Part shown: positions 52,269-64,000 of the stretch, piece by piece
Position numbering within the stretch: the first letter of the stretch is position 1
How the letters are laid out: every line of letters starts with the position of its first letter
Assembly: GCA_951406725.2 (NCBI GenBank)
Contig: OX597829.1
Coordinates: 31,434,001 to 31,498,000, forward strand
DNA: 64,000 nucleotides
Source: Octopus vulgaris
Taxonomy: Eukaryota
Direction: 5' to 3'
Program-made: the position numbers and the translations under genes
Notes under the pieces: model-generated
What the model saw: only the letters and a program-made list of their open reading frames with translations
The model's database searches: none
Told to the model about the DNA's origin: nothing

Positions 52269-52542
52269 AAAAAATTAAAGAGAACAACTTACGGAGCTTT
52301 TTGCTTATTTATTTATTTATTTATTTATTTACTTATTAATTTATTTATTTCATGTGTTTTTTTCATGACACCCCGTAGCAGTCTTCAATACAAATACAAT
52401 CTTTTGTTATCCGATAATCTTTGCTCCGTCTTTATACAAAAGAAAAGAAATTAAGGCCGACCTCGCCCAAATCGAACCAAACCAGTCAGAGAGAGAGAGG
52501 GGTAAGAGAGGGAAGGACGAGGGGAGGGAAGGAGAGAAAGCG

Positions 52543-52614
<72 letters not shown>

Positions 52615-53335
52615 AGGGAGAGAGAGGGAGGAGAGACAGACAGACAGATGGATAGACGGAGAGAAAGAGAAGCAACTATAAATCAAACCATTATATTATT
52701 TCTGAGAAATAGATAAATTCTGATCGTATAGATTCCCTTCTACTTATTAAATTTTCCAGTTCGTTGCCAGTTCAATGATTTTCTAAGGTAGCAAAGCCAT
52801 AAAATGTCGCGGAGAATGCAAACGATTATGTATATCCTAATTCTTAATGAAGTGATCCCAGTGACTGAATTGTTTAAGAGTCAGGTTTCCTGGCTTACGG
52901 GTATTAGTTTCTAAGTTCAATATCCTGCAGTGACTAACTTTGTTTTTATTTATTCGTTTTGTGGTCGAGTTCGATAAATAAACAGCAAGTCATTAATAGA
53001 GGTAGTCAAGAAGATCGCTTCGCAACTATGATGTCGCGGGTACGATTCTATTGCGCAACATGTAAGGCAAGTGAATTTTAGTTTTGCTTTAGGCGAATCC
53101 ATGTACTGTTGAGGGAAATTAGGCTGGCGGAAACAACGTAGAAACTTGTGGTGGTGATTGTATTTGTAATTCAAAGTCCTTTGTTAGACTGGAAATTACA
53201 TTAAAGATACACGTGTCTGTGGAATACTCAAACACTTACTACGCATTAATTCAAGAACAGATAATTCAGCTCACTGAACAAACTGAATCCACATCGTCGA
53301 GTGACGGAGATCCACCACCACTTGGTATAATTTCT

Positions 53336-53403
<68 letters not shown>

Positions 53404-53454
53404 GCTATACATGAAAAGCCGAAAAAAGTGCATTAGGAACTATCGCCAAAGATC

Positions 53455-53575
53455 TGAACAGATGGATTGAGGATATAGGCATAAAACCCAGTTCAGTACA
53501 GCTCCAGAAAACAGTGTTATTAGGGACAGCTAGGATACTTAGGAGGGTTCTTGGCATCTAAGCCTGATGTTAAGA
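53455..53575 (+). mobile_element. R4/Dong-like extreme C-terminal fragment
   Basis: QLQKTVLLGTARILRRVLGI*. Confidence 0.75.
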
Positions 53576-53696
53576 TTTTTTTTCTTTTCCAACAGTCTAA
53601 TATGTTAAGAGTATATGAAAACAATAATACATAATACATACATATGGACCAACATACATACATACAATCACACACATTCATACATACATACATACA

Positions 53697-53730
<34 letters not shown>

Positions 53731-54110
53731 CATACATACATACATACATACATACATACATACATACATACATACATACATACATACATACAAACATACA
53801 TACATACATACATACATATATACGTAACTTTAACTCTCACACAGTCGTACATACTTTCGGAATATTTCTCGTTTTCTTCCTGAATAAAAACCTAGTTAAT
53901 AAAAACAGACCAGTCCACCTTTATTCGTATAAAAGAGAGGGAAAAGGAAGAAAAGACAAAAATCTGGAATTTAAAAGAACATTATGTATAGAACAATGTA
54001 ATAAACCAATAAAAATTTAATGCTGAACATGTAGTGTGGGAATCGAGATATTCGGTTGCAGATCCGAATATACGCACGCACATACATACATACATACATA
54101 CATACATACA

Positions 54111-54143
<33 letters not shown>

Positions 54144-54200
54144 GCGTATACATACTTACGTATAAATATGTATGAGTGTACATGTATGTATGTATGTATG

Positions 54201-54262
<62 letters not shown>

Positions 54263-54444
54263 TATGTATGTATGTGTATAAATATAGATATATATGAATA
54301 TGTATGTATGTATAGATACTGACACATATGCACACACACGCACACACACACAAACATATATATATATAGAGATATATGGGTATGTATGGGTATGTATATA
54401 TATATATACACACCCACAAACACACTTATACAGACATATATATG

Positions 54445-54489
<45 letters not shown>

Positions 54490-54543
54490 TAATATAATAT
54501 AATATAAATAATATATACATATATACAAAGATACATGTACATA

Positions 54544-54595
<52 letters not shown>

Positions 54596-54959
54596 TATAT
54601 GGACGTCAAAACACGTAAGCAACATGAAAATCGGGAACATGAATTACAACATGGAAAACGAACTTTTTTTGCGAACACCGAAAGAAACAAATAGAAAAAC
54701 AAGACAGGCAACAGAAAGAACAATCCCTTCATCAGTTGTCCACTGTTTTATCTACTCCACATTCGAGCACTAGGACAAGATGCGTCTTCGTCAAAACAGT
54801 TTCTCACGCAGGACAAATTAAATAAAATTTGTTTTTTCCAGATGGTCAAAGTTGGTAACAAACACAGGACTATACAAGTTCTGCGTGCAAAGCCTTTATG
54901 AGAAGTGAATAATAAAAAATAATATGCTATTAGCCAATGTAGTGATGATCCACTTCCCA

Positions 54960-55470
54960 ATGCTTCTGAATGATGTGCTATGGTTGTGTATGAGTTTCTT
55001 GAAGGGCTCTCCAACTCTTTAGGCAGGATTAATTGTTCGGCCCACTGCATCTGATCTTTGTTTCGGATATAATGGTCTCTCCATCACGACGATCATTGAG
55101 CGGGTAGTATCTCTGCAAGAGATATGTTAGATATGGGCCTGTGCAAAAGTATATGCTTCTTGGTGGCTATGCAACTGAAAGACGCTTTAAGCTTTTGTCT
55201 ATAAAATATCGTTCTATGCCAATGTGCAAGAGACAAATATTTGTCTGATAACTTGAGAAAGGTCTTACCAAAGCCGGTTTTCACATTTAGAGAGAAAAGT
55301 TATGTGAACCAAGTTACCATTTTCTTTTTTTGGCGTGTTCCAGCTGGATATGTCAGCGATCTTCATTTTGAATCTACTTAGTTCAAGAGTGTTCCCTCCA
55401 TGACCATCCTTTACCTTTCCCAGACATAGTGAACAGTGTACTGAGAAGCACATCAGCAAACGTGTCCTTC
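54960..55470 (-). mobile_element. Possible degenerate RTE-type LINE fragment
   Basis: Weak motifs FAD.., .FGK and RDH.IRN...QWA in broken frames. Confidence 0.35.
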
Positions 55471-55535
55471 TTTTAAGAACGTAGGATACACATATGCATG
55501 TCAGTATATATATGTATGCACGCACACATAATATA

Positions 55536-55935
55536 TCTATATATATAAAACTGTAGTTGTGTGAGTGTCTGTCCCCATTGATTTAGATTCCTAACTACTC
55601 CCACATTTTGCGGTGCAGTTTAACCAAATTCGGGTATCTTATAGTCGTGATTCATATCGAGCCCTTCTGGGTATTAGCGCGCGTCTACGATGAGTCTACG
55701 ATTTTTAAAATAATTTACCATAATTTTTTTCCATTTTAACGCATATTTTTTAAATAAAGGGAAGTAACTCTCTAAAAATGTCTACGATGATTCAACGATT
55801 TAAAAAAAAAATTACCATCATATTTTTTCCATTTTTAATGCATTTTTTTTTTGCTATTTTTTGGCTATAACTCTCTAAAAATGCTGTATAGTTATTTCCC
55901 TTACAAACCCGAGCAACGCCGGGCGATACTGCTAG
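55536..55935 (+). mobile_element. Non-autonomous Helitron (400 bp)
   Basis: A|TCtatatatataaaa start; hairpin cccgagcaacgccggg at 55908-55923; CTAG|T end. Confidence 0.88.
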
Positions 55936-56269
55936 TATTTTATAATATTATGTAAGAATCATTTATTTTATGTTTAGAACAGTGCATGTGCAGAAACGAA
56001 AGTTGAAATGGCTCAGGCTCTGTTCTGAAACCGTGTTACATAATTCGCCGCGAGATTGCCGCCTTTCTACTTTAAGGTTTCAGTTAATTATACAAAAAAC
56101 TCTTACTCCTACTTATGCTATGTTTGGGACTTTTTGATTCTGCTTGTATTTCTAATTTATCTTAATGTTCACAATTTTTCTTTTCTCCCTTATCCCATAC
56201 ACAGACACGCGAAAAAACATACAGGTTTTTTGTCTTTTCTCCCCCCCCCCCCGGTCTCTCTCCTTCTCG

Positions 56270-56377
<108 letters not shown>

Positions 56378-56836
56378 ATATATATATACATATATAGGTT
56401 TCTCACCTTTAATTCAGGAATCATAAAAGAAGTAGAAGTGGTGTACGAAACGATCAAATATTTGTCTTCCTTTTACGAGTTTCGTTGATTACATTCACAC
56501 ACACACACGTACACATACACGTACACACAGAAACACACACGTACACACACAAACACACACGTACACACACACACACACACACGTACACACACGTATACAC
56601 ACACACACACACACACACACACGCATGCATACATAAACACATACCTCAAACAAGGACGACACCAACTACTATGAACTAGAAACAATAACCGAAGTAGCAA
56701 ATACATCCGTAAATATGATAACTCAGTATTTGACAGTAATAATAATATACGAAAGAAGGAGAGGCAAGAAGAGAAAGAAGAAAAAACTTGTTTGTGCTTA
56801 TCTGACAATGCGATCATTCGACGTGTCAGAATCTCG

Positions 56837-56927
<91 letters not shown>

Positions 56928-57145
56928 CACGCACACACACGCACGCACACACACACGCACGCACACACACACACACGCACACGCACACACACACACGCAC
57001 ACACACGCGCACATACATACACACACGTGCGCGCTCAAACACGCACATGCACGCGCAAGCACGCATATATATATATATATATATATATACATAGATATAT
57101 GAATATATGAGTGTTTATGTGTGAGTGTATTAGTCTGTGCATGTA

Positions 57146-57187
<42 letters not shown>

Positions 57188-57834
57188 CATACATACTTAC
57201 ATACCTGTATGTATGTATGTATGTATGTATGTATGTATGTATGTATGTATGTATGTATGTATGTATGTATGTATGTATGTATGTATGTATGTATGTATGT
57301 ATGTATAGCGGCAAATAAGAAAATGGAGAGGATATATGTATTGGCCCTCCTAACCACTTAGACCCTCTGGAGAAGCTTAGAGGCACACTCATCATCCGGA
57401 TTTTATCTGCCCGTCCCTACAGAACGCTGAAGAGATGGAGATGGCATGGAGGATTTCGTTGCCTCTTGGCAGAAACAGCCATAAGGAACTGATCTTCTGT
57501 TCTTCTCTGTAATATGAATACTATGTATGTAACACATAGCTACTACATCTGTATGTTTCCTTCTAATACTTCCCAATGCTTTGGAATAGATAGATACACT
57601 GGAATGTCTACCGGATGATGTATGTCGTTTTGTATCCTCTCCAATTTCTTATTTGCCGAATAAATTAAGGGTAAAACCACTTTTTTAGCCCCGCCCATAT
57701 ATGACACACAGTTGCGAGATTGCCACCGCAATATTCAGTATGTGGGTATGAATAATTGATTACACTACCAGCAGTATATTGGACAGGTACTATCCCTTAG
57801 TTGGTTGGTTTCCCAACCTCTAACTCACACAGAA

Positions 57835-57915
<81 letters not shown>

Positions 57916-58139
57916 CTTGCATAGCAGGTGACCTGATCTGAGATCGTGTGCTGGAACGAAAACAGCACGATGCAGCACGAAGTTTTGTCAGTGAACAGGT
58001 CGCGGTCTCAAAGCGACGAAAATATTTTGACAAATTAAATTTAAATGTTGAAGTGAATTTAACGGTTTTGTGTGTTTTTTAAATGGCTTATAAACATCTT
58101 CAACGCTGCAATTGTATATATATATATATATATATATGT

Positions 58140-58286
58140 ATAACTTAGCAGTTCGGCAAAGAGGCCGATATAACAACCAGGCTTACAAAGAATAAGTCCA
58201 GGGGACGATTTCTTCGACTAAACAAGCGTGCTCCAGCATGGTCACAGTCAAATGACTGAAACAAGCATAAGTAAGAATAAAAGAAT
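58140..58286 (+). mobile_element. SINE family A, 3' fragment
   Basis: Matches the family A tail. Confidence 0.85.
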
Positions 58287-58326
58287 ATATATACATACAT
58301 CTCTCTCTCCCTCTCTCTCTCCCTAA

Positions 58327-58372
<46 letters not shown>

Positions 58373-58439
58373 GTAATGTTCGTGGCCATTTCAACATACC
58401 TGTCCGTTCGAACGGACTTTACTGCGGTTTTACATACAC

Positions 58440-58576
<137 letters not shown>

Positions 58577-58822
58577 CACACACAGACATAAACAGAAATA
58601 CGCATATATGTACAATACGTTTCGTGCCTTTATCGCTGCTTTTATTAGAAATCCATTAAAATTCTCTCTTTATGCATATATATTTATTTACGTATTTATT
58701 TCATTCATTTATTTGTTATTTCAAAGTAAACTGTCCTAGATTTTTGCTGGTTCACGAAGATATAAACCTATAGCTACTGTTGTATTATCTATGCCTATCG
58801 TATGTATGTATGTATATATGTA

Positions 58823-58857
<35 letters not shown>

Positions 58858-58985
58858 ATGTTTGTATGTATGTATGTATGTATGTGTCTGCTTGTAGTTT
58901 GTTCGAGTCTGTATATGTATAACATGTAGACGTATACGTGTGTGTGTGTGAGTGCGTGTGAGGCGTATATATATATATACATATA

Positions 58986-59043
<58 letters not shown>

Positions 59044-59163
59044 TATACATATATATGTATTTATATATATATGTATGTATATACGTGTGTGTATATGTGT
59101 GTGTGTGTTTGTGTGTGTGTATGTATGTATGTATGTATGTATGTATGTATGTATATATATATT

Positions 59164-59194
<31 letters not shown>

Positions 59195-59249
59195 GTATGT
59201 ATATGTATATGTATATGTATATGCATGTGTGTGTATATAGTTATGTTTC

Positions 59250-59445
59250 TGTGTTTGCTCCCCCCCCCCATCGCTTGACAACCGACGCTGGTGTGTTTAC
59301 GTCCCCGTAATTTAGCGGTTCGGCATAAGATACCGATAGAATAAGTACTAGGCTTACAAAGAATAAGTCCTGGGATCGATTTGCTCGACCAAAGTCGATG
59401 CTCCAGCATGGCCGCAGTCAAATGGCTGAAACAACTAAAAGAATC
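59250..59445 (+). mobile_element. SINE family A, 3' half
   Basis: Matches the family A tail; preceded by a long microsatellite. Confidence 0.88.
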
Positions 59446-59607
59446 ATAAGAATGTGTGTGAGTGTGCGTGTTTGTGTGTGTCTGCGTGTGTGTGTGTGTG
59501 TGTGTGTGGTGAAAAACAAGGAGTGCGTTGCGTTACGTGGATAATATTTTCAGGAGTCAAACGCGTATAGTAATAAACAAACGGACAAACGGACAGAAAG
59601 ACATTTA

Positions 59608-59780
59608 CTAAATGCACTGAATGCACAGACAAACGGAGAAGAAACGCAGAAGGTCACCAATTCGTCATCAGTTATCGGTCAGTGTATCGAGCGCAATTTC
59701 GTGCCATTATCGATGACTGATGAGAAATTGGTGACCTTCTGTGTTTGTTCTCCGTTAGTCTGTGCATTCAGTATATTTAG
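59608..59780. repeat. Short palindromic MITE-like element (~70-bp arms)
   Basis: actgaatgcacagac...cagaaggtcaccaatt..tcatcagt pairs with actgatga..aattggtgaccttctg...gtctgtgcattcagt. Confidence 0.85.
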
Positions 59781-59814
59781 TCTATATCTCATAACTATCC
59801 GGGTTTGACTTCTG

Positions 59815-59871
<57 letters not shown>

Positions 59872-60029
59872 AGACAGAGAGAGAGAGAGACGTGCAGGCG
59901 TGGCTGTGTGGTAAGAAGTTTGTGGTAAGAAACTTGTGGTGAGAAGACATACAATCAGACAGACAGACAGACAGACAGACAAACGGATGAGCGGATGGTC
60001 GGACGGATGGACATACGAAACCTTTTTTT

Positions 60030-60620
60030 ATATATATCCTGGCAGCATGATTGAAAAAGACTGTAAATCTTGATGAGGACTTGCAAATTGAATTCAGAAG
60101 TCATGGATATCTTTGTAAAATTACAATCTTTACCGTTGTGTCAATGACATGGGGAAAAGTCGACACTAAAATATCTAAATTTAAAACATGCATTTTGTCT
60201 GTTTTGTATTTGGCTGTGAAACACGGTCCTTATATTCAAAACAAATTGGAACTTTTCTCAGCAAAAGTATTTTAGACAAATTTTTATTATGTCTTGGAGA
60301 ATGTAAGTGAATAATATTAAGGTCTTGACGATAGCAAATGAAGTGGGCAGGCCGTGTAGTTAGTATGAAAGATGAAAGAATTCTGGAGTGTTTATTCTAT
60401 AGAAAACTATATTCGGAAAACGATATCCTAACAAACCGAAGTTTAAATATAAAAGCTGCCTTAAATCGGATCCGAAAAAAACCAAGTGTCTTTGTAGAAA
60501 GTCTGGAAATAATTGTAAGTGACAGAGAATGATGGACGACAAAACCATGCAATGTACCCATGCATTCTAAGAATAATCGTATTGAACGCGCAAAACGGAA
60601 AGGAAATGCGAAGAAAATAA
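60030..60620 (+). mobile_element. Degenerate RTE-clade LINE 3' fragment
   Basis: CILSVL.FGCET and MKWAGRVVSMKDERILECLFY resemble the RTE motifs LLYGCETW and LRWAGHV.RM.D.R.PK. Confidence 0.7.
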
Positions 60621-61295
60621 AACCCTTCAACACCATTATTACTATATAACGTCTGTTTTCCGTACTGGCACCAAGCTCCAATGACTGGCTAGGCATGGTT
60701 TCTAACACCAACCATTTTATGAGTGGATGCCTTTTACGTGGCACTGGTGCCAGTCAGTGAGGTCACCAAGTATCTAGCAAGGTAAAAAACCCTCAACTAA
60801 AGCGAGTGTAGTACTACATGTATCAATAATATTTTCAAATTTTTTATTTGCAACATAGTTAATTTGTAACATAGTTTTTCTAAGATTGGTGTTGTTAGTC
60901 ACTCCCGGATACATTGGAGGTAAGCTACTAATAATAAATTTTCACCTCCATAAGAAACCAGCCATGTAAGAAATGTGTTTTTTGTTGCTTTTCTGAAAAG
61001 ATACAGGTCTCAAAAGAGTGCCAAATGACATGATTCTAATTTGCCTTTAACCGAGAAGAGACATTTGTGATAGTTGTATTCAAAACTGCAAGTCACCAAC
61101 TGCGCTTTCCAGTTCATTAACAATCAATGGAGTTTGTTATACTGCAGAGTTTACCGCCATCGTCAACACACATATACAAGCAAACATTCACATACTCACA
61201 CACTCATAAACACACGCGAGCGCGCGTGCGTGCATGCACACACTCACAAACACACATACACAAACACGCATACACACATACATTCTTACAGACAC

Positions 61296-61366
<71 letters not shown>

Positions 61367-61419
61367 GCACACAGACTCACACAATATATATATGTACACT
61401 CACAGAAATACACACACAT

Positions 61420-61480
<61 letters not shown>

Positions 61481-61634
61481 TAGATATTTAGGAGACACTG
61501 ACACTACCTTCTTTTAGACTAAATAATGAATATAAAATATAAATATATAAATACTCTTGCATATGTGAATGGGTGTGAATGGGTGTGTGTGTGTGTGTGT
61601 GTGTGACTGACTGAGTGTGTGTGCGCGCGCGCAA

Positions 61635-61666
<32 letters not shown>

Positions 61667-61829
61667 TAGCTTCACGACTTACTGAGTAAATAAGCAATAT
61701 AATATCGTTCGGTAAGTAGGCGGATTTAAAAATCAAGGCAAGTTTACAATTCAGGCCTCCAATAAGCCATTGAAAATGATTTTGTAAAGGTAAGGTGTGA
61801 ACATGTTGACATACAAGTTATTTAATCTA

Positions 61830-61865
<36 letters not shown>

Positions 61866-62117
61866 TGTCACAAGGGAAACTACTGTGAAATATTTTACAG
61901 CAGTTATCTCGTTTGCTTTTTGCATGTTTGATTTGTCATATTTCATTTCTTATATTTTTCCTCTTATATTTTGCATTTTTTTTATTTGTCTTCTGATCCT
62001 AAATCTAAGATTTTCTAAAGTTTATCTGCCAATTTTTTCAATTTAAGTACGTAAAAAGGCAACTATAATATGAAAGAAGTGATTGAAAGTTGATTATATA
62101 CACCATATTTAGGTGCG

Positions 62118-62151
<34 letters not shown>

Positions 62152-62221
62152 TATTATATTATATTATATTATATTATATTATATTATATTACATATATAT
62201 GTTATATATGTATGTATATAT

Positions 62222-62404
62222 ATTCTTTTATTATTTTACTTGTTTCAGTCATTTGACTGCAGCCACGCTGGAGCACCGCCTTTAGTCAAACATCGACCCC
62301 TAGACTTATTCTTTGTAAGCCTAGTGTTTATTCAATCGGTATCTTTTACGGGGACGTAAACACACTCACATCGGTTGTCAAGCGATGGTGGGTGACAAAC
62401 ACAC

Positions 62405-62475
<71 letters not shown>

Positions 62476-62622
62476 CGACGGAAATTCTTTCAGTTTCCAT
62501 CTGCAAATCCACTCTCAAGTCTTTAGTCGACCCAAGGCTATAGTAGAAGACACTTGCCCAAGCTGCCATGCAGTGGGACAGAACCCGGAACCATGTGGTT
62601 GGTAAGCAAGCATTTTACCACA
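62222..62622 (-). mobile_element. SINE family A, near full length, with an internal (TA)n(TG)n tract
   Basis: Contains both the 5' half (as at 38630) and the 3' half (as at 1335), linked by a microsatellite. Confidence 0.9.
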
Positions 62623-62710
62623 CACGTATGCATCTGTGTATGTATGTATGTATGTATGTATGTATGTATGTACGTATATGTATACATGCAGGTATATTAT
62701 GTGTGTATAT

Positions 62711-62767
<57 letters not shown>

Positions 62768-62779
62768 ATTCGTCCTTAG

Positions 62780-63100
62780 TCGAAATACACCTGTTGTTAT
62801 GTACTGTTATTTGTATTTGTGTAACATTCTCTATTTTTTCCCGTCCTAGTTTTCGTATACATTTGCTGCTTTCTTTCAAGGAATCTAATCCTCTTAGCTT
62901 AGTTTTTCCTTGGGGTTGGCCAGATTGGAGCAATCTCGAGTATAACCAGCTGAAATCGCCAAGATAATCTGGAACTCGACTAAGGAAAAAAGATTCCGAA
63001 TGACCCGTCCTTGTTTTCTTTGTATCATATATCTGGATGTTTTGTTGTCCCTTCTTGTATCAACTAACTGTCTGAATATTTTGCGTTCTTGTCCCATTTT
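62780..63100 (+). repeat. Interspersed repeat, copy 2 of 2
   Basis: Matches 42860-43150. Confidence 0.85.
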
Positions 63101-63101
63101 G

Positions 63102-63146
<45 letters not shown>

Positions 63147-63271
63147 AATATATGTATATATTTGGTGATGGCGGTAGTGGTGCTGGTGGTGACAAAACAT
63201 GGCGGGGAAGAAAAAAAGAAAGAAAAAGAGGGAAAATAGAGGAAGGTAACAGAAAATAGAAAAAGAAGGAA

Positions 63272-63347
63272 AGGAAGAAGAAGAAGAAGAAGAAGAAGAA
63301 GAAGAAGAAGAAGAAGAAGAAGAAGAAGAAGAAGAAGAAGAAGAAGA
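63272..63347. repeat. (GAA)n microsatellite
   Basis: Direct inspection. Confidence 0.95.
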
Positions 63348-63399
63348 GTATTTTGATAGGGAAGAATGAAGTAGGGTGGACGGGTGTTAGAATGGTCAA

Positions 63400-63880
63400 A
63401 GAATGCAACCCATAACCTGCGTGACCTCCTGGTCGACAGTTTCTTCCCTACCCCTGCCTCCCAGCCTGGCTCCTTCCCCTGCTCCCGTCCACGCTGTCGC
63501 ACCTGCCTCTACCTCTCCAACACCACCATCCTTACTGGCACCATCCATACTGCCACCATTCTTTACTGGCACCGACTCCTTTACCTGGACCACTAGTAAT
63601 GTTATTTACTGCATCTCCTGCTCTCTCTGTCTTTCCCTGTATATTGGTCAAACGAGGCGTTGCTTGGCTGACCCGTTCGCGGAGCACCTCCGAGACATCA
63701 GACTCGGTAATGACACCCTGGTCTCGCTCTACTGGTCATTCGCTACAAATCTGTCAGTGTTCGGACTATCTCTGCACAGAGGCCACCTGGACTCCCAGCT
63801 TTGCCGTAAACAGGAATTAATCTTCTCTTTTCGTTCTTTTGCGTCACATAGGCTCAAGTCATTACCTCTCAACATCTGAC
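63400..63880 (+). mobile_element. Penelope-like element GIY-YIG endonuclease fragment
   Basis: NLRDLLV...FPCSRPRCRTC, then a frameshift to FTWTTSNVIYCISCSLCLSLYIGQTRR.LAD.FAEHLRDIR: the PLE Cys linker plus VIY..YIG motif. Confidence 0.92.
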
Positions 63881-64000
63881 AGCAATCTCACACGGATTCC
63901 CAAACACCTCCCACATCCAACTGCCTCCCTTTCACCTACATACCGGCATACCACCTACCGCGGTATTCCCACCACGTACACACCATGCAAATACCCATAC

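Noticed and set aside
54700-54815. CTGATGA on minus near a short hairpin, and similar words at ~42985 and ~62980
   Set aside because: No correctly ordered GAAA, stem III and stem I could be assembled.

Overview
Repeat-rich, AT-rich animal genomic DNA. The dense microsatellites, tRNA-derived SINEs, R4/Dong, Penelope and RTE retroelement fragments and Helitrons fit an octopus/coleoid cephalopod genome, but that assignment is an inference. The only clear host-gene sequence is one giant minus-strand exon of about 14.4 kb (29204..14841). It has a canonical acceptor, a start codon at 29101 and a phase-1 GTAAGT donor. It encodes about 4,750 aa of acidic, low-complexity protein with three tandem arrays (10-, 12- and 24-aa units) and several Lifeact/ITPKA-like short motifs. 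A single extra base at about 24724 splits it into two ORFs. The flanks are intronic or intergenic and carry many transposon relics. They also contain a recurring set of minimal type-I hammerhead ribozyme motifs (CTGANGA...GAAA with palindromic stem III), several of them inside long foldback elements. Nearly all small ORFs in the track are microsatellite or antisense artefacts. Coordinates were counted by eye and no searches or folding programs were run.
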